Shown here: piece by piece, positions 1-9,033 of the stretch
Layout: the number at the start of each line of letters is the position of its first letter
How positions within the stretch are numbered: position 1 is the stretch's first letter
Assembly (NCBI RefSeq): GCF_023169545.1
Contig: NZ_AP019769.1
Location: 540,001-572,000 of the forward strand
Direction of reading: 5' to 3'
Length of the DNA stretch: 32,000 bases
From: Nanobdella aerobiophila
GTDB lineage: Archaea > Nanobdellota > Nanobdellia > Nanobdellales > Nanobdellaceae
Notes under the pieces: generated by a model
The model's database searches: none
Seen by the model: the letters and a program-made list of their open reading frames with translations, nothing else
Told to the model about the DNA's origin: nothing
Program-made: the position numbers and the translations under genes

Positions 1-607
1 AATTTAACAATTCTTGAACATACTTTGCATTTTCATCCTTTATTGGAGTTATAATTCTAACAGTAACATTCCTTTCTTTTAATTCCATAAATACAGGTTT
101 TAGTACTATTGCATCTCTAACAAAACTTAATTCTGTAGTAACTATATTTACTTGTTTTTCTGCTTCCTTTAACATAGTTTCTAAATGACTTATGATATTT
201 TGTTGTCCCCTCAAAGCTCCTGATTTTTCTGAGATGTCTATTGAAGCAGCACCTGACTTGTGTATAGAATCTAATTCACCTACTAATGGAGAATCCTTTA
301 ATTTCTCTAACTCTGACACTTTCCTATTTACAACTTCTTCATATCTCTTTCTTACCCTCTCAACAACCTCACTTGGAGGTATTGCTAAGTATTTGATTGG
401 CTTCCCAAGCTTCATAACAACAAAACCTTTTTTTTCTAAAGACTCTAGAACGTCATATGCTCTAGATCTTGGTATATCTGCCAAATCTGCTAATTCACCA
501 GCAGTTGCAACACCCTTTGATAGTAATGCTAACCATATCCTGGCTTCATATGTATTCAAATTAAAAGAAGATTTTACTTTATTCACTAACTCATCATTTA
601 CAATCAT
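1..607 (-). CDS. TrmB-family HTH transcriptional regulator (partial; runs off the window start; absent from supplied ORF track)
   Basis: Manual minus-strand translation from the ATG at 607-605 gives MIVNDELVNKVKSSFNLNTYEARIWLALLSKGVATAGELADLADIPRSRAYDVLESLEKKGFVVMKLGKP... This matches the TrmB N-terminal winged-helix pattern (YEA..y.aLL..G..ta.El....giPRs.vYdvL.sLe.kGfv). The frame stays open to position 1. The + ORF 192..611 is its antisense shadow. Confidence 0.7.
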   Translation of the reverse strand, partial: MIVNDELVNKVKSSFNLNTYEARIWLALLSKGVATAGELADLADIPRSRAYDVLESLEKKGFVVMKLGKPIKYLAIPPSEVVERVRKRYEEVVNRKVSELEKLKDSPLVGELDSIHKSGAASIDISEKSGALRGQQNIISHLETMLKEAEKQVNIVTTELSFVRDAIVLKPVFMELKERNVTVRIITPIKDENAKYVQELLN

Positions 608-645
608 ATAATATATATAGATAACAAAGGGTTTAAAAACTATCC

Positions 646-2331
646 TTATGATTTTTGATTCCTATATAGATCGTATAATCTATTTATATCATCTATATCC
701 TCTATAGACTTATCTGGCCTTAGTCTGACGAATCTTGGAAATCTTAAGGCAAATCCAGATGAATATTTAGGACTTTTCTGTATTTCGTCATACAATACCT
801 CTATTACAATTTTTGGAATTATTTTTACCATTTTTCCATCTTCTTCCCTAATCAATGGTTTTAAAATTTTAGTCATATCCTCAAATGTTATATCATCTTC
901 CGATTCTTTCTTTTCCTTTAAACCACTACTAACCTCTCCAACTTCTAATAATTTGCCTGTCTCTCTATCTAATATAGATATTATATATGATGTTAACCAG
1001 CCACCTCTCTTTCCTTCCCCCCATTCTGCACCAGTTATAACAACATCAATTGATTCCTTTACAGGCTTTAATTTTACCATATACCCAACCCTTCTGCCCG
1101 GCTGATATTTTGCATCTAATTTTTTAAACATTATACCTTCTAAACCATTTCTTATAGCATCATTGAAAAAATTATTTGCTTCTTCTTCTGAATCTGTTAT
1201 CTTACCTTCGGATACCGATATCTTATTCTCATCTTCCTTTACTATAGATTTTAATAAATCTCTTCTTTCCTTAAAAGGCACATTTAGTAAGGAATTATCA
1301 TAATAGATTATATCAAATAATCTAACGACAACTGGTATCTCCTTTACCATTTTTTCTATATTATATTTTCTTCTAATTCTTTGTGAGATCTTTTGGAATG
1401 GCAGATATTTTCTATCATGATATCCTACAATTTCTCCTTCGACCAAGAAATCCTTATCCATCGGTAAACATTCTTTAATAAATTCTATAACATCTGGAAA
1501 TTGATCTGTAACATTTTCTAATCTTCTAGTCCATAAAGATATTTCATTACCCTTTTTATGTATTTGTACTCTAAATCCATCATATTTATATTCAATCATC
1601 GCAGGTCTCCCAACAACATCAAATGCTTCTTTAGCACTATCTGCTTTTATAGCCAACATAACCTTTATTGGCCTACCCAATATTGGAGAGATATTGTATA
1701 TAGCTTCACTTCCTTTTTCCAATATTAACTTTACTACTTCTCCGAAATCATTTAATATAAAATATGCTTTTTCAATATCTTCTGATCTAAAATTAAAGGC
1801 TTTAGCTATAGAATCTATTATTATTCCTTCTCCTACTCCGATCTTCAAATCTTCTAAGGATAATCTTGCAATATATCTGGCTTCTAATGGAGTAGAAGAT
1901 ACAAATAAATTTGCTAGGTATCTTATTTTTTTATCTTGAGCGCCCTCTCCCCCTAATAAACCTATTGATCTAAATGTATCATATACATCTTTTATAGATA
2001 GCTTTTTAGTAAATATTGATCTTTGTTTCTTTTCTAAAACTAATTTTTCCGCAACTAAACCCATATCACCTGTTTTAACAAATAAATTTTCAATGTACTG
2101 TTTATCATATCCTGTAGCTATAGATAATGCCTTTATGGTTAATTTTTCAGCAATCTCAGTATCTTTATCCTCCCATGGATAAAATATGTTCCCTCCTATT
2201 AACATAAATGTTTCTTTTATGGAATCTTTATCTATTTCCAATATAAACTTTGATAAAATATCTACTTTTACCAACCTTTCAGACTTATCTTCTAAATTTT
2301 TAAAAACATTAGCTAATCTTTCAAATTCCAT
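646..2331 (-). CDS. lig: ATP-dependent DNA ligase
   Basis: 561 aa. Adenylation motif I around the KxDG lysine (EYKYDGFRVQIH). Length and overall layout fit archaeal/eukaryotic Lig1-type ligases, including an OB-fold C-terminal part (LRFPRFVRLRPDK). Confidence 0.9.
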   Translation of the reverse strand: MEFERLANVFKNLEDKSERLVKVDILSKFILEIDKDSIKETFMLIGGNIFYPWEDKDTEIAEKLTIKALSIATGYDKQYIENLFVKTGDMGLVAEKLVLEKKQRSIFTKKLSIKDVYDTFRSIGLLGGEGAQDKKIRYLANLFVSSTPLEARYIARLSLEDLKIGVGEGIIIDSIAKAFNFRSEDIEKAYFILNDFGEVVKLILEKGSEAIYNISPILGRPIKVMLAIKADSAKEAFDVVGRPAMIEYKYDGFRVQIHKKGNEISLWTRRLENVTDQFPDVIEFIKECLPMDKDFLVEGEIVGYHDRKYLPFQKISQRIRRKYNIEKMVKEIPVVVRLFDIIYYDNSLLNVPFKERRDLLKSIVKEDENKISVSEGKITDSEEEANNFFNDAIRNGLEGIMFKKLDAKYQPGRRVGYMVKLKPVKESIDVVITGAEWGEGKRGGWLTSYIISILDRETGKLLEVGEVSSGLKEKKESEDDITFEDMTKILKPLIREEDGKMVKIIPKIVIEVLYDEIQKSPKYSSGFALRFPRFVRLRPDKSIEDIDDINRLYDLYRNQKS

Positions 2332-2365
2332 AAAAATTATATATAAAAATAAAAAATAAAAGTTT

Positions 2366-3454
2366 CTATATATTTAAAATATCTATTCCTAAATTAGAAT
2401 CTTTAACCAACCTCCCAGTATCCCACTCTTCTTTCCATTTCGACAATATATATGGACTTCTTACACCAGATATAATTATTGTAGCTTTTATCTTTCCTTT
2501 CATATTTTCATCCATTCTTGCACCTAGTATTGTCAAAGAATCTTCACCTAAATATTTCTTTACATGCTCCGCTACTTCATTTACTTCTTTTAAAGTCATG
2601 TCTGGACCTCCAGTTACATGTACTAATGCACCTGTAGCACCTTCATATGACACATCTAATAATGGTAATTCCAATGCTCTCTTTGCTGCTTCTTCAGCTC
2701 TCTTTTCACCATCTGCTACACCTATACCTACAATAGATGCACCACCACCTATGCCCAATACAGTCTTTACATCAGCGAAGTCCAAATTAATATAAGATGG
2801 AACTGCAATAGTTTCTACTAAACCTTTTATCATTTGACCTACTATGTTATTTGCATATCCAAAAGCCTGTGATACTGGCAGATTTCCTGCATATTGCAAT
2901 ATTTTATTGTTATCTATCAATATTACATTATCTGCATATTTTCTTAACTGTGCTAGACCTTCTTCTGCTTTTTCTCTTCTAACTCCACCTTCAGATGAAA
3001 ATGGTAGTGTTGCTACTGCTACTATTAATGGCACTCCTGCTTCCTTAGCAATTTGTGCGACAACAGGAGCGGAACCTGTTCCTGTTCCTCCACCTAAACC
3101 CAATGTAATCCATACCATATCTGCTCCTTCTAATAATTTTCTTAGATCACCCTGGGATGCTCTTGCTGCTTCTGTTCCTTTAGATGGTAAACCACCTGCA
3201 CCTAATCCCCTAGTTACATCCTTACCCAATAATACTTTTTTATGAGCTTTTACTGATTTTAAATGAGCATAATCCGTATTTGCAGCTATTACTTCTGCAC
3301 CTTTTATATCCATCTTATATAACCAATCTGCTATATTTGAACCTGCTCCTCCTGTACCTACTATTTTTATTGTTGGTATCAATTTAAACTCCTCGCCTTC
3401 TTGTACTCCTATTATTTCTACGTCATCTTCTTTATTAGTATAAAGGTCTGCCAT
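2366..3454 (-). CDS. ftsZ: Cell division GTPase FtsZ
   Basis: Tubulin/FtsZ signature GGGTGTGSAPVVA and N-terminal GTGGAGSN nucleotide-binding loop. 362 aa. Confidence 0.92.
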   Translation of the reverse strand: MADLYTNKEDDVEIIGVQEGEEFKLIPTIKIVGTGGAGSNIADWLYKMDIKGAEVIAANTDYAHLKSVKAHKKVLLGKDVTRGLGAGGLPSKGTEAARASQGDLRKLLEGADMVWITLGLGGGTGTGSAPVVAQIAKEAGVPLIVAVATLPFSSEGGVRREKAEEGLAQLRKYADNVILIDNNKILQYAGNLPVSQAFGYANNIVGQMIKGLVETIAVPSYINLDFADVKTVLGIGGGASIVGIGVADGEKRAEEAAKRALELPLLDVSYEGATGALVHVTGGPDMTLKEVNEVAEHVKKYLGEDSLTILGARMDENMKGKIKATIIISGVRSPYILSKWKEEWDTGRLVKDSNLGIDILNI

Positions 3455-3742
3455 AGTAATATATAAAATTTACTATATTAAAAATATTTTCATTATAAAA
3501 AAATCCTTTAAGAATATTTAATAGAATTTTCTGAATTATATAGATAATTTTTAACGTAAAATCAATTCTAATTATATATAGATAATGACAAATAATATCA
3601 AAAATAAATAACATATTAAAGTGTTAAGATAAACATAAAAAGAAATGTTTATAAATAATACTTTATAATCATCGTATAGTAATAAATTTATTGATAAATA
3701 TAAAAAATTATTTTTATAAATCTTTCTATTAATATTACTATT

Positions 3743-4039
3743 ATGAAATCAGAAATGTCTATGAGTATTGGATTGTTAATACCATTTTTATTATTAGCTT
3801 CCACTATGTATATAACAACAAGTTCATTAGTAAATAATATACAAAATATGGATTCTGGTATAATAGCATATGCAAATTGTGCACAAAATATGATGAATTA
3901 TGCATTTATTGGACAAGTATATAACTACACGGCATGTTATGAACAAGAGATAAATCAAACACAATTAAACTGTTCGTATAATAGTACAGATGTTATATGC
4001 AATCTTAATGGAACTACATATTTATATCCATTAAAATAA
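3743..4039 (+). CDS. Small secreted or membrane-anchored Cys- and N-sequon-rich protein (pilin-like N-terminus), unknown function
   Basis: 98 aa. N-terminal hydrophobic stretch (MKSEMSMSIGLLIPFLLLASTMY), then 4 Cys and 5 N-x-S/T sequons (NYT, NQT, NCS, NST, NGT). Composition resembles the small ORFs at 13136-14360. Confidence 0.45.
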   Translation: MKSEMSMSIGLLIPFLLLASTMYITTSSLVNNIQNMDSGIIAYANCAQNMMNYAFIGQVYNYTACYEQEINQTQLNCSYNSTDVICNLNGTTYLYPLK

Positions 4040-4064
4040 AAATTTTTTTCTTATTATTTTTTAG

Positions 4065-5342
4065 ATGAGATATGTTAATATAAAGACAAAAGATAATAAA
4101 TTAAGATCAGGATATATAATAAATGAAACCTCCGATTTTATAATAATAAAATTGAAAAATGGTTATAATATAGGTATTTACAAAGAAGATATAATAGATA
4201 TAGAACAAAAAGAGATATATGATACGAAAAAAGAAGAAATAAGAAATATAATCTCAAAAAATAATAAAAAAATCTCAATAATAGCAACAGGTGGTACAAT
4301 ATTATCAAAAATTGACTATAGAACTGGAGGAGTACATATGCTAACAAATCCAGAAGAATTGATAGATTTAGTCCCAGATCTATTAAATTATACAGAAATA
4401 AAAAATATAGAAATCCCTTTTTCTATAGCTTCAGAGGATATGTTACCAGATAACTGGATTGAGATCGGAAAGAAAGCAGTAAATTTACTAAAAGATAATG
4501 AAAATAATGGTATAACAGTACTACATGGTACAGATACTATGCACTATACATCTGCTGCACTTTCCTTCATTATAAAAAATCTAAATAAACCTATAGCCTT
4601 AACTGGATCCCAGAGATCATCAGATAGACCTTCTTCAGATGCTTTTTTCAATTTATTATCTTCTGCTATATATAATAATTCCGATATTGCAGAAGTTTCA
4701 GTTGTTATGCATGGGAGCTCTTCAGATAAATTTGCATATGCCCACAGAGGTACAAAAGTTAGAAAAATGCATACTGAGAGAAGAGATGCATTTCAATCAA
4801 TAAATGATTTACCAATAGCAAAGATATATCCTTTAGAAAAAAATATGGAGATAATAAATAACAATTATGTAAAAAGGAATAATAATGACCCATATCTAGA
4901 TGATAAAATTGAAAAGAAAGTTGCATTAATCAAAGTATATCCAGGTTCTGATCCAGATATTGTAAAATATTATATAGATAAAAATTATAGAGGGATTGTA
5001 TTAGAAGGAACTGGTTTTGGTCATGTACCAACAAATCCAGTTAAAAAAGAATATTCATGGATAGATAACATAAAAGAAGGAATTAAAAATAATATGGTAT
5101 TTGTTATAGCCTCACAAACTATATATGGTAGAACGAATCCTTTTGTCTATACCAATGGTAGATTATTATATGATTTAGGTGTTATATATTCTCAAGATAT
5201 GACACCGGAAGTTTCTCTAGTAAAACTGATGTATAGTTTAGGACATGCAGATAATTATGATGAAGTAAAAAAGATCTTTCTATCGAATATAGCTGGAGAA
5301 ATAAATGAAAAAAGTCATTATGAATATTTCAATGTACTATAG
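4065..5342 (+). CDS. gatD: Glutamyl-tRNA(Gln) amidotransferase subunit D
   Basis: 425 aa. Asparaginase-type motifs (IIATGGTILSK, LHGTDTMHYTSAAL) preceded by the ~60-aa N-terminal domain typical of archaeal GatD. Confidence 0.88.
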   Translation: MRYVNIKTKDNKLRSGYIINETSDFIIIKLKNGYNIGIYKEDIIDIEQKEIYDTKKEEIRNIISKNNKKISIIATGGTILSKIDYRTGGVHMLTNPEELIDLVPDLLNYTEIKNIEIPFSIASEDMLPDNWIEIGKKAVNLLKDNENNGITVLHGTDTMHYTSAALSFIIKNLNKPIALTGSQRSSDRPSSDAFFNLLSSAIYNNSDIAEVSVVMHGSSSDKFAYAHRGTKVRKMHTERRDAFQSINDLPIAKIYPLEKNMEIINNNYVKRNNNDPYLDDKIEKKVALIKVYPGSDPDIVKYYIDKNYRGIVLEGTGFGHVPTNPVKKEYSWIDNIKEGIKNNMVFVIASQTIYGRTNPFVYTNGRLLYDLGVIYSQDMTPEVSLVKLMYSLGHADNYDEVKKIFLSNIAGEINEKSHYEYFNVL

Positions 5343-5655
5343 AACCTTCTTTTATATCTTTATCAACGGTTAATAAAGATACAAAGTTATCGTATTCCGC
5401 TGCTAACAACATACCTTGAGATTCTATACCCCTAAAATTCTTATATTGTAAATTTGTCACTATTATTATTTTTTTATTTATTAACTCCTCCTTTTTGTAC
5501 CAACTTTTTATCCCGGATACAATTGTCCTTATTTCGCCTCCTATATCTACTTTTAATACATATAATTTATCTGCATTTGGATGATCTTGGACTTCTAATA
5601 TTTTTCCAACTATTAACCTTATTTTTTGTAGATCTTCAATCGTTATTGAATCCAT
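5329..5655 (-). CDS. Stand-alone tRNA-binding domain protein (Trbp111/CsaA/MetRS C-terminal-like OB fold)
   Basis: 108 aa. IVGKILEVQDHPNADKLYVLKVDIGGEIRTIVSG...SQGMLLAA is the canonical tRNA_bind (EMAP-like) domain pattern. Convergent 14-nt overlap with gatD. Confidence 0.75.
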   Translation of the reverse strand: MDSITIEDLQKIRLIVGKILEVQDHPNADKLYVLKVDIGGEIRTIVSGIKSWYKKEELINKKIIIVTNLQYKNFRGIESQGMLLAAEYDNFVSLLTVDKDIKEGSIVH

Positions 5656-5683
5656 TTAAAACTATTATAAACATTATTTATAA

Positions 5684-6625
5684 ATGGAACCAATAAAGGA
5701 TTTAAAGATAAAAAAGGACATTAAAGTATCAGAACTATTAGAACAGTTCAAAAATATAGGAGGATTTCAGGCACAAGAACTATATAGAGGTTATGAAGCA
5801 TTAAAAGATATGTTTAATGATAAAGAAGTTATAAAAATTCTCTCATTCCCAGCAGATATAATATCAACTGGAATTAGAGGGTTAATAAGAGATATAATAA
5901 AAAATAAATTATTTGATATTATAATTACTACAACCGGGACATTAGATCATGATATAGCAAGATTAGTAAATGACTACTATATTGGATATTTTGATTCTGA
6001 TGATATAAAATTAAGGGAGGAGGGTATATTAAGGTTAGGAAATGTATATATACCAGATAATAATTATGGTCTAGCAATAGAAAACATATTAAGACCTATA
6101 TTAAATGATATTTTTGATGAGTTAAATAAAGATAATAAAAAGAGGATAGGAACCTATGAATTAATATATAAAATTGGTGAAAGATTAGAAAATAACCCTC
6201 GAAAAGAAGAAAGTATAGTATATTGGTCCTACAAAAACAAGATACCAATAATAATTCCAGGCATTACAGATGGTGCAGTTGGTACTCAAATATTAATAAA
6301 TGAATATGACTACCCCGACATACAGATATCTGTATGGGAAGATGAAAAACTTCTAGCATCAAAATTCTTCGGAGATAAAAAAGTAGGTGCATTAATACTT
6401 GGTGGAGGTATATCAAAGCATCATACAATCTGGTGGGCCCAATTCTCAGGGGGATTAAAATATGCTGTATATATATCATCTGCGAATGAATTAGATGGTA
6501 GTTTATCTGGCGCAAAAACAAAGGAAGCAATAACCTGGAAAAAGATTAAAAAAGATGCAAAGCATGTGAATATATGGAGTGATATAACAATAGCACTACC
6601 ATTAATAATATCAGATTTTCTATAA
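5684..6625 (+). CDS. dys: Deoxyhypusine synthase
   Basis: 313 aa. LILGGGISKHH and TTTGTLDHD motifs are typical of DHS. Length fits archaeal DHS. Confidence 0.85.
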   Translation: MEPIKDLKIKKDIKVSELLEQFKNIGGFQAQELYRGYEALKDMFNDKEVIKILSFPADIISTGIRGLIRDIIKNKLFDIIITTTGTLDHDIARLVNDYYIGYFDSDDIKLREEGILRLGNVYIPDNNYGLAIENILRPILNDIFDELNKDNKKRIGTYELIYKIGERLENNPRKEESIVYWSYKNKIPIIIPGITDGAVGTQILINEYDYPDIQISVWEDEKLLASKFFGDKKVGALILGGGISKHHTIWWAQFSGGLKYAVYISSANELDGSLSGAKTKEAITWKKIKKDAKHVNIWSDITIALPLIISDFL

Positions 6626-6635
6626 ATATTTTTTT

Positions 6636-7190
6636 ATGGAGGAAATAAAAATTGAAAAAGAAAAAACAATTTTAATAGTCTGGGACGTAATAAATATATT
6701 AGTAAATAGTATATATAATAAAGAAGAGTTTATAAATTCTACAAAAGAAGTGATAGAATTTGCTAGAAAAAACAATATACCTGTAGTATATACAAAGATA
6801 AAGCAATATCCGAAGGGATTTGAACCTAAGAATATATCGAATATGAAATGGAAAAGTTCTACATGGAAAGAAGGAGATTTCGATCTATATATAAAACCAG
6901 AGGATAATGAATTAATAATAGAAAAAAATACCTGGAGCATATTTGTAGGAACAAATTTTGAATTATTATTAAGAAATAGGAATATAAATAATATAATATT
7001 CACTGGTATTGCTACAGAAATAGGAATAGAAACATCTGCAAGACATGCATTTGCACTAGGATTTACACCTATAATAATAGAAGATGCTGTTTCATCATCA
7101 AATAAAGAAGGTCATAATAGGTCTATAGAAAACATGAAAAACCTATTTATAACAGTAAAAGCAAAAAATTTAGAAAACATTATAAAATAG
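6636..7190 (+). CDS. Isochorismatase/cysteine-hydrolase family protein with the catalytic Cys position occupied by Gly
   Basis: 184 aa. Family pattern ILIVWDV (Asp), IIEKNTWS (Lys) and IFTGIATEIGIETSARHAFALGF. The last aligns by eye to GvATeyCVraTAlDA of nicotinamidase/isochorismatases, with G where the nucleophilic Cys is expected. Confidence 0.7.
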   Translation: MEEIKIEKEKTILIVWDVINILVNSIYNKEEFINSTKEVIEFARKNNIPVVYTKIKQYPKGFEPKNISNMKWKSSTWKEGDFDLYIKPEDNELIIEKNTWSIFVGTNFELLLRNRNINNIIFTGIATEIGIETSARHAFALGFTPIIIEDAVSSSNKEGHNRSIENMKNLFITVKAKNLENIIK

Positions 7191-7197
7191 TTTTTTA

Positions 7198-7250
7198 TCT
7201 GTTTACCCTCTTATCATCATTATATCAGTCGACATCGAAATCTTCATCAA
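7198..7250 (-). ncRNA. Candidate C/D-box sRNA (weak)
   Basis: The minus strand reads U-UGAUGA-(15 nt)-CUGA-UAUA-AUGAUGA-(12 nt UAAGAGGGUAAA)-CAGA. The C and C' boxes are exact. The internal D' is exact. The terminal D box has one mismatch, and the first spacer is 15 nt rather than 12. It lies in a 146-nt gap between convergent genes. Confidence 0.25.
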
Positions 7251-7336
7251 ATTTTTATTATTTTTCTATATTTAAATTTTATAGCACCCTCCAATCAATG
7301 AAGTAAGTCTGAGTATGAGGCTGGTGATACTGCGGA

Positions 7337-8089
7337 TTATAACCAGTATCCGCGAATATTTCCTTTGTACCAATCATTTAAAATTATAATACTTATTCTC
7401 TTTATCCAATTTTTATCCTTTATATTATATTTTTTTCTTAATTTATCATATAAATCCTTAAAATTATTAAATTCAATATTATAATAATCTTTAAATGGAC
7501 TTTTTCCTATATGTTTATATAAATAAAATACTGCCTTCTCAGGAAATTTAATATTTTCAATTCTTATACTACCTAGTATTGCCATCTTATATTCTTCTCT
7601 TGGTAATATTATTCCTGGTGAGTCGATTATATAATATCTTCTCGATAATCGTATCATTTGTAATCCTTTTGTAAATCCTGGCGATGGAGAAGTTAATGAC
7701 CTTTTTCTACCAGTTAATAAATTGGATATAGATGATTTTCCTGTATTTGGATATCCGAATAAACCAATATATATTTTTTCTTTATTTTTATTTGAGATAT
7801 CTTTTATCATTTTTCTTAATAATCTACTTCCTCTTCTTGTTTTTGTCGATACATAAACTGTTGGAAACTCATTATTAAATGCATCCACTACTATATCTAA
7901 AAAATCTTCTGGAACTAGATCTGATTTATTCAAAACCAATATCAATTTTTTATTAAAGTTTTTTATATATTTTTCAATACTATATAGTCTACAACTTTTA
8001 GGAAATCTAGAGTCTAATATTTCCAATAATATATCTGATCTTGAAATAATCTCCATGATTTTTTTATCCATATATATTAAAATTAGCAT
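7337..8089 (-). CDS. Circularly permuted GTPase (YlqF/RbgA/Nug-type ribosome-biogenesis GTPase)
   Basis: G4 (LNKSDL) lies before G1 (GYPNTGKSSISNLL) and G3 (DSPGI), which is the permuted order of the YlqF/YawG family. The true start may be an internal Met (MDKK at 8071 or MEII at 8056). Confidence 0.8.
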   Translation of the reverse strand: MLILIYMDKKIMEIISRSDILLEILDSRFPKSCRLYSIEKYIKNFNKKLILVLNKSDLVPEDFLDIVVDAFNNEFPTVYVSTKTRRGSRLLRKMIKDISNKNKEKIYIGLFGYPNTGKSSISNLLTGRKRSLTSPSPGFTKGLQMIRLSRRYYIIDSPGIILPREEYKMAILGSIRIENIKFPEKAVFYLYKHIGKSPFKDYYNIEFNNFKDLYDKLRKKYNIKDKNWIKRISIIILNDWYKGNIRGYWL

Positions 8090-8156
8090 TACAAATTAAG
8101 CCTTTATATTGAAATTATAATATTATATTTATAAATAATAAGGTATATATTATATT

Positions 8157-8354
8157 ATGGCAGCAAGGAAAAAAAAGACTTTAAAGGAACTTATTTTAGA
8201 ATTATTAAAATCTCCAATGTCTGTAGATGATCTAATAAAGGCCGTGAAATCAAAAAGGCCTAGAACAAGGGTAAGGGTTATAAAGACTTTGGTCACTAGA
8301 TTAAAGAAGGATAATGTAGTGAAGGATATGAATGGAAAACTACAAGCTTCCTAG
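8157..8354 (+). CDS. Small basic protein, possible winged-helix DNA/RNA binder
   Basis: 65 aa and Lys/Arg-rich (MAARKKKTLKELILELLKSPMSVDDLIKAV...). It looks less AT-rich than its flanks. No family recognised. Confidence 0.4.
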   Translation: MAARKKKTLKELILELLKSPMSVDDLIKAVKSKRPRTRVRVIKTLVTRLKKDNVVKDMNGKLQAS

Positions 8355-8373
8355 GGCCTTTATTTATATATTT

Positions 8374-9003
8374 TTAATATAATCCATATATAAATCCTAG
8401 CATTCCAATTAATTCTCCAGAATACAATATATATCCATACCCTAGAGATCCTAGTATACCTGTAATGATCAATATCAATATTGCAAAAATCGTCGCCAAT
8501 AATTTTATAGATTTAGATTTTTTCTTAATAAAAGAGTATATTGCAGATCCTAATATTACTACTGAGGCAAATAATTCTAATATTGATGAAATTCCCATGA
8601 CAGAAGCTAAATTTGGAGATGAATAATTCATAGCTATTCCATTCATTATAATATTAAAATTACTAGCTATTATTAAAAAATACAAAAATATTATTGATAA
8701 TACAATTGCAATTATCATAAATGTATATTGTAATTTTTTACTATAATATAATATAGAACCATTAGCGATCAAAAGTAATAAAAAAGCAACTAAGAATATA
8801 TATAATTTTTCAAACAATATATTATAATAATTGATAGAAAATAATATTTGTATTAAACTTATTAAAGAAAATCCTAAAAAGCCTAAAAAATAAAAGAAAT
8901 ACATCTTAGAATTAGTTCTAATATATCTTCTAAGAGATAAATAAACCACACCCAAAGATATTATAAATATTACTATAGTAAATATAGTTATTGACTCCAT
9001 CAT
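8374..9003 (-). CDS. Polytopic integral membrane protein, unknown function
   Basis: Start trimmed to MMESITIFT (ATG at 9003), because the longer ORF to 9183 reads through both tRNA genes. About 6 hydrophobic segments; no recognisable motif. Confidence 0.6.
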   Translation of the reverse strand: MMESITIFTIVIFIISLGVVYLSLRRYIRTNSKMYFFYFLGFLGFSLISLIQILFSINYYNILFEKLYIFLVAFLLLLIANGSILYYSKKLQYTFMIIAIVLSIIFLYFLIIASNFNIIMNGIAMNYSSPNLASVMGISSILELFASVVILGSAIYSFIKKKSKSIKLLATIFAILILIITGILGSLGYGYILYSGELIGMLGFIYGLY

Positions 9004-9007
9004 ACGG

Positions 9008-9016
9008 ATATATAAA
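9008..9016 (+). promoter_or_regulatory. TATA-like box ATATATAAA upstream of tRNA-Ala
   Basis: Lies at -26 to -18 relative to the mature tRNA 5' end (9034). The identical 9-mer sits at -25 to -17 of the next tRNA. Confidence 0.35.
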
Positions 9017-9033
9017 AAATTTATAAAAATATT

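Noticed and set aside
192-611. 139-aa + strand ORF from the supplied track
   Set aside because: It is the antisense shadow of a clear TrmB-family gene on the minus strand (1..607). Its own translation is low-complexity Ser/Thr/Phe-rich with no motif.
1694-3245. + strand ORFs 1694..1939, 2598..2795 and 2844..3245
   Set aside because: They lie entirely inside the confidently identified lig and ftsZ genes on the opposite strand. The Pro/Ala/Ser-rich translations are typical mirror frames of Gly/Ala-rich FtsZ segments.
4138-7003. Antisense ORFs 4138..4347(-), 5454..5696(+), 6264..6530(-) and 6620..7003(-)
   Set aside because: Each is nested in or opposite a recognisable gene (gatD, the tRNA-binding protein, dys, the isochorismatase-like protein). 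Their Leu/Phe/Ile-rich translations are what reverse frames of Lys/Glu/Asn-rich genes produce.
7281-7345. GC-richer island (gcaccctcc...ggctggtgatactgcggattataaccagtatccgcg) as a tRNA half or other small RNA
   Set aside because: The right part is the 3' coding end of the GTPase gene (…GNIRGYWL). The left part only forms a weak interrupted stem (CACC/GGUG plus CC/GG). Its AUGAAG...CUGA boxes are 5 nt apart, too close for a C/D RNA, and no T-arm-like GGTTCAAATCC is present.
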